Shown here one piece after another: positions 40,201 to 52,656 of a DNA stretch of 64,000 nt. The DNA lies in the NCBI GenBank assembly GCA_017499595.2, contig CM039008.1, positions 1,550,001-1,614,000 of the forward strand, read 5' to 3'. Each line of letters starts with the position of its first letter. The stretch's first letter is position 1. The DNA comes from Psilocybe cubensis. Lineage: Eukaryota. Both the position numbers and the translations under genes were made by a program. The notes beneath the pieces are model-generated. The model saw only the letters and a list, made by a program, of their open reading frames with translations, was not told where the DNA came from and searched no databases.

Positions 40201-41300
40201 TGTGCCATGGATGCATGGCGTACTAATACTATTTATGGACACCTTTTTTGCGAGTTGATTTTGTTAATTTCGGGTGTACATGTACGTTGTGCATTGTGCG
40301 GGGTGAATATTGAATACCGTGACCTCGCTAGTAGTAGTAGTAGCTGCGTTCGCGCGCTGGCTTGACCGGAGTTGTTGCGCAATGCGCAATGCGCACGGGT
40401 GAGGGTGAGGGTAGGATTATGTATGCATGCATGGAGCCGGCATATGTATATACATACTGTTTCTGTGTTGTCTCGGTTTCAATTTTGAATTTTGGACTTT
40501 GGCGCGCGGTGGTAGGTATGCAGGGAGAGCCCTCGAGTCCTCGGAAAAAATAATTTTGAATAATGAGGTACGAAGTACCCCAAGGGCGTCGACGGAGGCG
40601 GTGCATGGGGTTATGCAATTATGTAGAGTTAGACGCAGATGAGTCAGGCCAGTGTCAGAAAAAAAGGTAGGTCGGAGGAGTCGCGAATGCGATGGCGCGA
40701 TTTACATATGGATATGGACAAGGGAGATTTCCGCATGTCTTCCTTCCTTTGTCACCAGTCAGTCATCAGTCTCTTTGCCGACTTTTTTTTAAAAATAAAA
40801 TTTGGTTGAAAGGCTGCTGCGCGAATGCATTTAGGTGTACCTTTGGCGCAGTAGCTGCGAGCGAACGAGCAAAGGAAAGGAGGCATAAGCAAAGGACCTC
40901 GAGAAAGAGAAAAAGAGCAAAAACAAGCAAAGGGGAAGAGAGTGCCGAAAAAGGAAATGGAGGGCGAACAAAGGAGGGTGGACAGGAAAAGTTTATCTAA
41001 GCCGGTTAATTGAATTGACACGAATTCAATCCAATCGGGGTGGTGCGCTTGACCTGTCCTGTCCTGTCCTGTACTGCCCAACCAAAACTTTTTTTGTGTG
41101 TGGGTTTCGAGGATACTCTCTTTCTCTTCTCCTCCCATCCACTCTGCTATGACTTGCGTCTGAGATCTGAACCTCGCACCCTCTGCTTGTATCTCTATCT
41201 CTATTATACGTCGCCCGTACCATACCATACCATTGCATTGCATTGCATTGTCATTCCATTTACCCGAAGTTGCAATCAACCCGACCCAGCACGACAAACG
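37300..41300. repeat. Microsatellite-rich upstream region of the C2H2 gene
   Basis: (GAGGAT)n at ~38895-38930, AACAG/AACGA runs at 38580-38710, heptamer array at 39565-39631, CCATAG and AGAACC runs. Confidence 0.7.
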
Positions 41301-41331
41301 AAGCCTCCCAAGAATTATCCACCCACACACC

Positions 41332-44300
41332 ATGGCCGACATCGACACCTCCACACCCACACCAGTGCGGCCCCCGCCTCTCACAGTACGTCCCCACTGC
41401 CCACACCCCCTTCTTCCCACTCAACCGTCTAACAATCCTCGCTGACCGGTATAACCCCCTTCTCACTAGCAATCCGACGCAGTCACAAGCCTGCTCTCAC
41501 TGAGCATATCAGCCTCTACCGCCACATCCACCCCCGCAAGTTCCGGCGCCGCCCCCCAGCCCCAGCCGAGCATGCTCACCACCAGCCTCTCCACCCACAG
41601 CACCCTTACCCTCACCAGCAGTACATCGACGGCAACGGCAACGGCGAATTCGGCCGCAGCAGGGAAGCACCACCGCAGACTTGGGTCTACAGGCAAGACT
41701 AGGCGGCGGTTGAGCGATGCCAGAGAGGCCTCGTCCAGACCTCTGTAAGTGGTTTGACACTTTGCCCTATCGTGCCTTAGTCTCTTTCCTTCTCGCCTCC
41801 TTCCTTTCTACTTCTACTTTCTGTTGTTCCTTTTTGGCCTCTTTATTTCAATCGCTTCCATACTTCCCTTCACTTCCCCTCTTGCCACATTCTGTCATTG
41901 CTCTCTCCCCCTCGTACAACATATGCAATGTCAATGTTACTGGCGGGTTCGGGTCATACATTGCATTCCACATCCCACTTTTTTCAATTTCGATCTCCGC
42001 CTCCTCCCAACATAGACTTTCTTCCCAAAACAACACAACGAATCACGGACACCCAAATCATTCTCGTTGTCATCTGCCACTTGACACCAACACAATGTGA
42101 TTGTGATTGCGACACCCGTAACATCAACATCCCCCCAAAAAAAATGTTATTTTCGTCCCTCCGTCTACATCTACTTCCCTGCGTTGAAAAAACAATACTT
42201 CCCGGATGGATCCAATTGCAATTGCAATCACCTTCATCTCCCTCTTCCGTCCCTGAACACCAACAACACCAACGACAACATCATAACCCCTTTTTTCCCA
42301 AAATCTCCAAATTCCAAATCTTTCTTTTAATTTCCACACACCCCGTCCCACCGTCCCAATGCTTGTTTTGGCTTTTTTTCCCATTGCATTTTGATTTAAA
42401 ACACCTTAGATGACTCATGGCTGATGACACATCTCTTCTCCCCTCTTTTTTTTATCGCTTCTCGCTTGATTTTAGATTGGCTCCAGCGCCAGCGCCAACG
42501 ACAACCTCGAACTCGAACTCGAGCGCAGCGCTCTCGCTAGCCTCGCTCTCCCTATCCACTTCCCCGCCTTCCGCACACCCCGGACACGCGCACCATGGGC
42601 ATTCGCAGTCGTTGGGCAGTATGCCTATGTCGCAGCATGTTATCGGACACGGACACGGACACGCGTATTACTCCCCGCTCGCACCGAAGCCTGTACCTGT
42701 ACCTGTACCTGTTACGTCGGGCGTTGGGATTGCGATCGTCTCTGCGTCGGGGCTGACAAAGTCGAAGCCTGTTGATGCCGCCACTGCCAATATTACTGCG
42801 AATGCAAATAACACTGGTGAGGGCGATGGCGCGGAGGACGAGCAGCAGGATAAGGATAAGGAGCTGGAGGGGAGAGAGAAGGACAAAGATGGGAAGGAGG
42901 GGAAAGCTAGCGCGCCGATTCCGATTGTTGGAGGGAAAGCTAAGAAACGGGGGGTGGATTATAAATGCGAGAGTTGTTCCAAGGTTCGTGGGTGCTTTTA
43001 TTGAAAAAAAAAATTCGGGGGTTTTTTTGGGGGGGTTTTGTGGTTTTTTTTGGGTGGTGGTAGTGGTTGGTGTTAATTTTTCTCTTTCTCTTTTCTCTTT
43101 TCATTTTCTTCAATTTTTTTTTCTTTTTGTGGATTGGGTTGTTTGATTGGGCGTTTTGTGTGCTATTTTTGTGTATGTCTGTGGGATGTTGTTTTTGTAT
43201 GTGGGGGGTGTTCAAGTTTAGGCATGTTGAAGTGGTAGAAGACGCGGTGTGTTGGCTGTATGCGCGCCTTTTTTCCTTGCTTCTACGTCATACACATTCG
43301 CGTCCTTTTTTCTTTCTACATCTCCCACTTTCCTCGCATATACTCGACGCTAACACCCCCCTCCCCCCATACAGATCTACCGCCACCCAAACTGCTTAAA
43401 CAAGCACCGCTGGGAACACACCCGACAATGGCGCGAAGCATCCAAATTCGTACTGAGCAAGCATCAGCAGGTACAGCTCCTCGAGGCGGCGGCGATTCTG
43501 TCGTTCATGGGTAAATCGCCGACGTCGTTGCCGGAGGATAGGTCTGAGTGGCCGTCGTTCCTTTCTGGGGGGAGTTTGCCGAAGATGGAGAGTGGTGGTG
43601 GTGGTGGTGCAGCGGGTGCAGGGGTTGGGGGTGGTGCGGGGTCGACGTCGACGTCGGTGGGCGGAGCGAGCTCGACTATCACTGGGAATGGTTCTGGTGC
43701 GGGTGCGGGTACGAACGGCGCGATGCCAGCCTACGGTTCGATTGGTCATGCCCACGCACATACGCATGGGTATGGTACCCGAACATATGCGTTGCAGCCC
43801 CAGCCGATCTCTGCGTCTGTGCCGACCAAGTCGTCGAGTATGCGTGCGGGTGTTAGCCCTGGCCCGAGGATGCATGATTATACGTTGCCTGGTACAGGTG
43901 TGGGTGTTGGGTCGGCTGCTGCGGTGGCTGCTGCGCCGGGCATTGTGGGTGTGCCGACGACGCCGCTTGGTGGGCATGCGGTTATTGGAGGAGGAGGGTA
44001 CCGTGCGGAGAGTGTGGGTGCGGGTGCGGGTGTAGGTGTAGGAGGAGGAGGGAATGCGGGCTCGGGAGGGTGGTCGCTCCCTAGCTCCTCCCTGCGCTCT
44101 GGCTCTGGCTCATCGCGCTCTGCGAGCAGAAGCCGCTCGGGGAGCAGGAGCGAGGATAGCGTCGATGTTGATGTGGACGTCGATGTGGATGTGGATGTGG
44201 TGGGTATGGATGAAGATGAGGACGGTGTCGCTGGCGTCGGTGGTGGTGGTGGTGGTGCGACGAAGATTGGTATCGTCACGCCTCAGCACGGTCTCGGTCT

Positions 44301-44655
44301 CGGGCACGGGCACGGGTTCGGGACGAGCCCTGGGTACGGAGGGTACGGGAGCGGGAGTTATGGGTATACCGGGTATGGAGGCGGAGGAGGAGGGTATGGA
44401 GGAGGCGGAGGAGGGGGGTATGGCAGCTATGGACAGGCGCAGTCGTATGGGCGCCGAGGGATGAAGAGGGAGGAGGATGAGATGAGTGTGGCGTTTAGTG
44501 TTAGAGAGGAGGATGAGGATGGGGAGGATCTGCAGGAGGAGGAGGAAGAGGAAGGTGGGAGGGGGTATGTGCGTGGGATGAGTACGGGTGTGGGGCAGAA
44601 TCAGAAGAGGCAGTGGGATGGGATGGAAATGGACCTTGATATGGATATGGATTGA
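41332..44655 (+). CDS. Conserved fungal single-C2H2 protein (~705 aa), Gly/Ser/Asp low-complexity rich
   Basis: Exons 41332-41385, 41470-41744, 42476-42983 and 43375-44655 total 2118 nt in frame. Spliced finger YKCESCSKIYRHPNCLNKHRWEH followed by WREASKFVLSKHQQVQLLEAAAIL. Confidence 0.85.
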
Positions 44656-44699
44656 AAGTGAATCTGTTGAGAAAGGCAGGAAAGGAAAGGAATTTGTAA

Positions 44700-47300
44700 A
44701 AAAATCACATTTATCGGACATTGCGTTGTATATTTTTTTTTCTTTTTGTTTTGTTTTTTTCTGTTTTTTCTTCTTCTTTTTTTTTGGTGGTGGTGGTGGT
44801 GGTTGCGGCGCTTTGCTGCTGCTACTACTGCCGCTTCTTTTTTTCATTTTCATTTCATTCTCATTTTAATCGTCTTCTTTTTGATGATTCTTTCTTCTTC
44901 TTTTCGTTCTTCGTTCTTCCCTTTTTCCTTTTTTGTCTTTGATCTTTCCTTTTTTGATTTTTCTCTTTTTTCAACTTTTTACTTTTTTTCATTTTGGAGT
45001 GTAGGATAGTGTTGGATTGGACGGTTGTATATTTTTTCTATATTTCTCTCTTTTTTTATTTTCCTACCCTTTTTTCTGTTTTTTCTCCCTCTTTGTCTCG
45101 TCGCAGTATCAGCATCTGACGATGCTGAGCGCGCCTCCGTCTCCGTCTCCACGGACACGCACACACCCACACGCACCCACACGCATATGCGTACATTCAC
45201 ACCAGTACCCTCGACGCATTGTCACCCATCATATGGCTGGCGCCATCCACTGCGACCTGCGACCTGCGACGCAATGATTCACCATCGTCATAATATCCGA
45301 GTCATCCATCCGCAATTTTTCTCTCTCTCTCATCCACCACCGTGTCATCATCAGCAACAACAACGATATCATCATCCGCATTCTCTCTCATCTCATCGTC
45401 AACTTCATCTCATCGTCAACTTCTTCATCCATCATCAATGTCAATAACAAGTTCATCATCATCATCATCATCACCATCCACAATAACATCGTCATCTCAT
45501 CATCATCACTCGCTCGCTCGTTCGCTCGCTCGCTTTGTGTCGCATATGCAACTCCCCCCTCCTTCTCCTTCTCCGCTATCATCTCCATCTCCCTGCAACT
45601 TTGCAATCTTGCATTTTATTTTTTTTCGTCATTCAAGTTATTTAAATGTTCAAGAAACGACAAATCAACCCCAGTCCAATGTCCCAAATCAGATTATTCG
45701 AAATTCGAAATTTCTTTTTTCCCCGACAACGACGAGGACGAGGATGACGACGACGAAATCTACCTCCATATCTTCTTCCTCTTTTCTCTCTTTCTTTTTT
45801 TGGTTACATTTTTATTCCTTTTTTAAAAACACTTTTTTTGCGATGTGTACGAATATGACGAAGACGACTACGACGGCTATGACTACGACTGCGTGTATGA
45901 CGGGTCACGATTTTTTTTCTCTTTTCCCTTCTTTTGCTCTTTCCCTTCTTTTTCTCTTTCCCTTCTTTTCTCTTTGTTTCTTTTGTTTTTTCTTTTTTCA
46001 GTTTCAGTTTCAGTTTCAGTTTCGCGCATGTTTCGACCAAATTCCCACCTACTCCCTTTTTTGTTTTTTTTTTTTGTTGTTTTTGTTTTGTATAACAGAT
46101 CTTTATATTTCTTCGTTTTAAACAACACTTTTTTCGAATTTATTTTCGTTGATTTTTTATGTTTTTTACGAGTCTTCATTATTATTATCATCATCATCAC
46201 CCCATCACCACCAGTCCATTATCCATCCATCGATTCATTCATTCATTTATCCGTTCATCTGTCTGCGACTTCGCTCCCTCGACCACCACTCACACCACCG
46301 CCACCATCATCTCAACCCAGCTCAACTCAACGCAACGCAATTCACATCGGTCGGTCGGTCGGTCAACAAGTCGCGGTCACAGTCGCGACACAGGGATCTC
46401 CTTTTTTTTTTTGGCTATTTCGAATTCTGTTGTTATATCAGTATCTACCATATCCGATCCCCATATCTTTTTGATCTTTTTTGATTTCTTTCTTGTTTCT
46501 TTTTGATTTTTTTGATTTGATTTTTTGATTTCTTTTTTCTTGTATACACGCTTCTGAGGCTTTGTGAATGGTCAATTTGATTCTGATTCTGATTCTGATT
46601 CTGATTCGATTGGGTGAAATTTAAGTTTTTGAATTGTTTTTGAATTTTTGAATTTTGTGGACTCGTTCTCGTCTTCGGACTTGTTGAATTTTTCGATGAT
46701 ATTTCGCTCGCTCAGACTTGAACTTGGACTCGGACTTGGACTTAAAACTTGGACTTGACTCGACGGTCTATGTCGCTGGCCTCGCTCTTGTGTCTTCTTC
46801 TTTGTCTCCCTCTGTTTATTTTATTGTCTGCGTTTTGCGCTTCCGTTTGTTTTTGTTCTTGTTCTTGTCTGCGTATCTTTCTCTCTCTACTTCTATTTCT
46901 CTCTCTGCTTCTATTTCTGTTTCTGTTTCTGTTTCTAACATCTTCCTTTCGTGACGGACGCGACGCGACTGTACCTCCCACTTTGTTGTGTAAAAGTCAG
47001 AGTCGGACTTTAAGTTATTGTGCACTTGTATAAATGCCTCTTGTAAGAAATCGGATCGATTGTTCATCTTCTGTTCATGATAGCGTACGCGTTGAACTCC
47101 GCGTTTGACTTGACGTTCGAATTGACGGTCAACTCTACGTTCACGTTCATCTTGGGCTTCAAAATCCAAGATCCAAGATTCATCATCATCATCGTGCTCA
47201 TGCCACCAAGAATCATCTGATTTCAAGTTAGATCGTTGGCCATGGGCTAGTACTCTGTATAGGTATAGGTATCCCATTGACATGGACATGGACATGGACA
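44700..47300. repeat. T-rich and microsatellite-rich tract downstream of the C2H2 gene
   Basis: Poly-T/CT tracts, (CAT)n, (GATTCT)n, (TTTCAG)n, (GGACAT)n. Confidence 0.65.
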
Positions 47301-47384
47301 TGTCAGAATATCCTTCGCGGGTTCCCGTCGGTACTTGACTTTTGGTTCCTTGCTTTGCCGCCCAACGCAGCGCAGTGTGCCACT

Positions 47385-49674
47385 CAGCCTTAGCTGCTAG
47401 TTGAAGCCTTCATACCTGGCAGTTGCCAGGTGTATGGGAAGTATCTACGCTGGCAACTGCCAGGTGCCACATTTGAAGTCTTCAGCTGGGCGATGGTCAA
47501 TACAACCAAACAAATCCCAAACACGGTGAGCGGGGCCCCGCCGGGCGCGAAAAATGGCGTAGCTCGTTGTTCGGGCGGCCGTTTGGGGCGGGAAAAAATG
47601 CGTCGGGGTCGGTTCGATGAGCAGACCACGTCGGCATTGTTTGCGCGACGTTATGGACAGCGGGCGGGGTGGATGGGGCGGGGCGACGTTGGATGACGCT
47701 CGCATTATTTCTGGGTGATTTTCCGATTCGGGTTGCAGATCATTGATGTATTGATGTGATCAATTGATCATCACCATCAATCCCATCACGCCGCGGCCAT
47801 CGATTCAGCCAGCGCATGCACCGTGCGCGCGCGCGCATTGAAAACGCGCACTGCTTGTTATCCCGGCGCTCTTGCAGCGCAGATAAAGCATAGAGGTTAC
47901 CTATACAGGCATGCGACAGTGGTGAGTGGTAATATTGACCCACATTTGTAGAGTTCAGTCAGTCTGCTGTGGTAATTACCTTGAGTAGGCTTGGGAAAAC
48001 AGTGGTATGATACCTTGACTGGCAGAAGCACAGAGTAGACAACTTATTTAGCTCAACCTATAGGCTACTAATGTCACTAGAGGCCTGTATCTCGTTTATG
48101 TGATCATATATAGCAATATATAGTAAGAATATTTAATGTAAAATGGGATTGCTGCTACTTTGCCAGTATCAATGATGCAAAAAAGAAGGGGTCACTGATT
48201 ATTTTCACATTCTGATGAACTCGAGATCAAATAAAAGGGCATATGAGTAACCAACCTATTCTACAGAGTATTCATCTTGGAAGTATAGACAAAAACAGTG
48301 TTATATTTGCTGTCTCACTCAATATTTAGCACGTATACAGTGCCGGAATCTAATTTGGTGATCTCGGATTCAAAATTTTCTATGTAATTTTGCAATTCTG
48401 AACGCAATTCTGAAGATTACATCAAAAAAAAGATACCAACATGTAGCTGGTTTAAAAATGAATTGAAATATATACACTTTATACCGTGTGTTGTAATATC
48501 CTACAAGGTGATCTTGTTGGATGAATTCATGGATTTAGTAGTTTCTGAGGTCGACCTTCCGAGCCTGAAGCACACCTTTTGAGGCATCCATTTTTTTTTC
48601 ACGGTATATTTGGATATAGAATGATTTTACATTATTTTAGCAATAATTTTATTTGCAACTTCAGCATGAAGATGTTTCCCAATTGAATATTTACTGTTGG
48701 AATTGACGTGGAAAGAGCGTCCGGAAATGTGGCTATTTTTAGATATTGAGATAATAAAGTGTTCTCGAGCAAGCTTTCCGATCCTTTACAGTCGTGCATA
48801 AGAATCTACATATATAGCAATAATTGTCAAACTTTCTTAACAACATACAAACAAATATAGCATCCAGAGTGGCACAGGAAGGGCACAACAAGTGCCAGTG
48901 GATATAACAGTAGCAACATTCATCAAAAGCCATTACATGAACTGTATTTGACGAGTATTACCAAATTACTCATGTATTGATCATCTTACTACTATATTTT
49001 CTAATCCATAGTCACTCAAAATATGTGCCATGTCCATCAACTATGTAGAAACATGTAAAGATACTATGTGTTGCATAATGCATTGTAATCCTTTAGATAT
49101 CTCATTTGTTTGATTTGGTGAGCATACGGCGTCGCAGGACGTCCCTCTATTAGTAATATTATGTCTCATAACAAAGCGTCTGCGCGAAAGACCTACAGGC
49201 CAACGAGCAGTGCGCATTTTCAACGCGCGCGCGCGCACGGTGCATGCGCTGGCTGAATCGATGGCCGCGGCGTGATGGGATTGATGGTGATGATCAATTG
49301 ATCACATCAATACATCAATGATCTGCAACCCGAATCGGAAAATCACCCAGAAATAATGCGAGCGTCATCCAACGTCGCCCCGCCCCATCCACCCCGCCCG
49401 CTGTCCATAACGTCGCGCAAACAATGCCGACGTGGTCTGCTCATCGAACCGACCCCGACGCATTTTTTCCCGCCCCAAACGGCCGCCCGAACAACGAGCT
49501 ACGCCATTTTTCGCGCCCGGCGGGGCCCCGCTCACCGTGTTTGGGATTTGTTTGGTTGTATTGACCATCGCCCAGCTGAAGACTTCAAATGTGGCACCTG
49601 GCAGTTGCCAGCGTAGATACTTCCCATACACCTGGCAACTGCCAGGGTATGAAGACTTCAGGGTGCGACTACAG
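47385..49674. mobile_element. Non-autonomous DNA transposon with ~460-bp terminal inverted repeats (MULE/AcademH/foldback-like)
   Basis: 47402-47859 is the near-perfect reverse complement of 49202-49660 (identical mirror ORFs in the track). The AT-rich ~1.3-kb interior has no long ORF. Direct repeat GTGTGCCACT at 47375-47384 and 49675-49684 is a candidate TSD. Confidence 0.8.
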
Positions 49675-49995
49675 GTGTGCCACTGGACTTGGTTGTGACT
49701 CGATAGTCAGCTCAGGGCAGCAACCTACCCTTTCTAGGCTACCGGCTCGGTGGTTAGTTTCACCAGGAATGTTAGGAATGTTCAAGTTTCTAGTTGGTTT
49801 CTGGTTTCTGGTTCTGGGAGATAGGAAACGGCCGTGGATGGGATAAGTAGAGGCTAAGGGATGGTAATATGGTATCTAATCTCAGTGTACGGGCCGTCCA
49901 TGATCAAACAAACGGAGTTTGAAAGGCAAGTGGAACCCAAAAAGTCATGTTCGGTTTCTTGAACGCGTGAACATTGGCTTGCATATTCTCATACC

Positions 49996-51675
49996 ATGAA
50001 GAAACTGGCGAGTGCACGCGTTCTCTTATTATCAAATACCCGATTTATCTCGACTGTTCTTGCAGATTTATTTTGATCCTGGGGATAGGAAAGCGCTCAA
50101 CACCATTCAACTGCTAGCATTTTGGGACTCGATGCGAAAGTGGTTTGCAGAAAAAGGATATCACCTTTACGAGTTTGATATCACGGACGAGCCGGGGTAC
50201 CTGCCATCTGAGAGGTCGACTATCCCGTACAATCCTCACCCGAAATTGAATGTGCAGAAACGGATATTTGAAGCGGAGGATCCGTTCCCCTATGCGTATG
50301 TTGGAGGGGACTACAGGCAGCTCGAAGACAACCTGTATGAAGTTCACCATATATCAAATGTACTTGTTGTTTCCCTTGTTCAATGGTGTAATTTTTTCTG
50401 AATAGATATCTTTTGTCTAGGGCCGTGTAGTGTTTGCGCAGGACGCAGCGGGACGACATGTAGTGATCAAAATTGTTAAAGGAGGTTCAGACGAAGATAA
50501 AATTCTCCATTTGCTTGCGAAGCAACCTGAACTTATGAACCGGGAGACGTTCCCTTCTGTAATTCCCGTTCTTGATCTTTTGCCTTGTGAAGACCACTGG
50601 TTCACAGTCATGCCAAGGTTGATCTTTTCTCGTTCATGATAGTTTTATTAATTATACTTCTTACCAGATGGGATTCCAATTGTTTCGTGCCATCCTTCCC
50701 AACACCTGAAATCTGTGTTCAACAGATGGTGTCTTTGCTGAAGGTGAGTGCTTCCTAGCATTCTACGGTGCAGACCAAAATTGACCTCATTATATTAATA
50801 TATAGGGACTCGCATTTCTTCATAGTCATAGAATTTTTCATCGAGTATGTATTGATCCGAATATTTCATATTCAGGATTCATTTTTTTCTTCAGGACTTG
50901 TGCGACCGAAACTTGTTGATCAACCACTTCTCCAATGCGACTGTTGTCAATATGACAAACAATCCTTTCAGACGGGACTTGCTCAGGCGAGGTGCGTTGA
51001 CCTGTGTGTTATCGGACTTTGACCACTCCATCTTGCTGGACGAAGAAACGTACGGTCCGAATCCTCGACTCGGTATTCTAGAGGCACATGTAACTTCAGA
51101 TGACCCACCTTATGAGACTCTCCACGGGCACGTCGATTACGACCCGTTCAAATACGACGTTGCTCTTCTTGGGATTTTGTTCAACGACAGGTTCCAGGTA
51201 CTCTAATTCTTCTCAGGCAAAAGGACTGCTGACTTAAAACTGTACTCAGAATATAATTAAATATGTGCCTCTTCTTGCACCCCTCATCGAGCGCATGGTG
51301 ACTTCCAAGCTGGATAAAAGGTTTACTGCAAAGGAAGCCCTTGCATTTGCGGAAGGCATTCTTCCTACTCTGACGGACTTGCAGGCTCCTCCGCTTCCCG
51401 TCCGCCCTCAAATCTTTCGAGCCTACTACAGAGCTGACTTGTGGAAAGATCTCTCAGAAGAATTTGTGGCGAAATGGGCAGATTATCGCGAGGATCGATC
51501 GACGCTTTCTTTCCGTTTTCTTCTCTGGCTGAACGATCGTGTTCCATATGGGACCTTTGGTCTTTACCTCTGTAGACTGGGTGTGAGAGCTGTTATGTTT
51601 GTTCCTAGATTAATCTTCCGACCATTTGTTACATTTTCGCGCTTTCTTGTACATCGATTCAACCGTCAGTTGTAA
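49996..51675 (+). CDS. Protein kinase, AgaK1-like, copy 1
   Basis: MKKL micro-exon; GRVVFAQD..HVVIK (catalytic Lys); spliced GLAFLHSHRIFHRDLCDRN; SDFDHS; YDPFKYDVALLG; RFTAKEAL. Confidence 0.85.
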
Positions 51676-51848
51676 TACCTGTAGCACGACACTCTCGCGG
51701 TTATGCAATACAATACTCCCCGCTTTTACAAGTCAAGGAACACAGAACAATGTTTGGGGGGTCGTTTAACCAACAAAGTTGAGGTGAAGTGTTGCGCAAG
51801 TGTGCTCCATGTGCACTACATGCAGTATCAACTCAAGTTAGCGGTGGT

Positions 51849-52279
51849 TCAGTTGAACATTATGTGTACATCCCGTACTACATCATTCCAAGATCCAGCC
51901 GGACATTTGGGTTTGAAGGGTTCGTACACTGTACAAGGTTTATACGCCTCTTGTATGAAGTCGGATCGATTCTCTATCTCCCATTCACGATACACGTTCG
52001 CCTTTGCCTCCGCGTTCACTTCTATGTTCAACTCTATAGTTCTCTTGGCATCATCCGGCAACTCGCGGGCGCCTATGTACAGTACGAGATAAGTAGTAAG
52101 AACTTTGCGTATAGGCTTGTGATATATCTTGTCCAGGATAAAGTAGTGATAAACAGTGTTTAGGGAATGAGATGTAAGAGTAGGAGCGCGTACGGGGGCG
52201 TGAGGAACCCGAGCGGCTTATCCCCAGGTTGGCGTTGTGCTGTTGCTTGAGAATCAAGCCAAAAGTCAGAGTTAGCCAT
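51849..52279 (-). pseudogene. Small hypothetical or degraded gene between kinase copies 1 and 2
   Basis: ORF ELPDDAKRTIELNIEV..ENRSDFIQEAYK; a related segment exists near 47030-47070. I could not build a clean spliced model. Confidence 0.3.
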
Positions 52280-52656
52280 GACCGTCGCGGACGCGGACGC
52301 GTCATATGTGACTCGTGAGTTGTGAGGAATGAAAGATTTTTTCTAGTGCGTACCGGCCAATTGCGGTTTGGAATCGCAAAGCAGAGTTCAGAAAACAAGG
52401 ATATTGACAGAGAAAAGCTAGAGAAGAAGTACTTTGTAATTTCGGAACACGAAGTACTAGTGGACCCTGTGTTTGTTTCGGCGTCCACAGTGGCAATCAG
52501 ATATTCTGAATCCCCAACATGGCATCTAATCTCAGTGTACGGGCCGTTCGAACGGAGTTTGAAAGGTGAATAGAACCAAAAAATTCCCATTTCGTCGAGT
52601 TCGGTTACTGACACGGTTTCTTGAAGGCCTAAACATCTTTATACTCATTTCATGCC

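Noticed and set aside
44700-46960. Many long Phe-rich or Lys-rich ORFs
   Set aside because: Artefacts of T-rich low-complexity DNA that lacks stop codons.
48739-48940. VMAFDECC as a DExH helicase remnant in the transposon core
   Set aside because: A single weak motif with no other helicase motif visible.
47430-49631. Identical 86-aa and 88-aa ORFs on opposite strands
   Set aside because: They only reflect the inverted repeats; no coding evidence.
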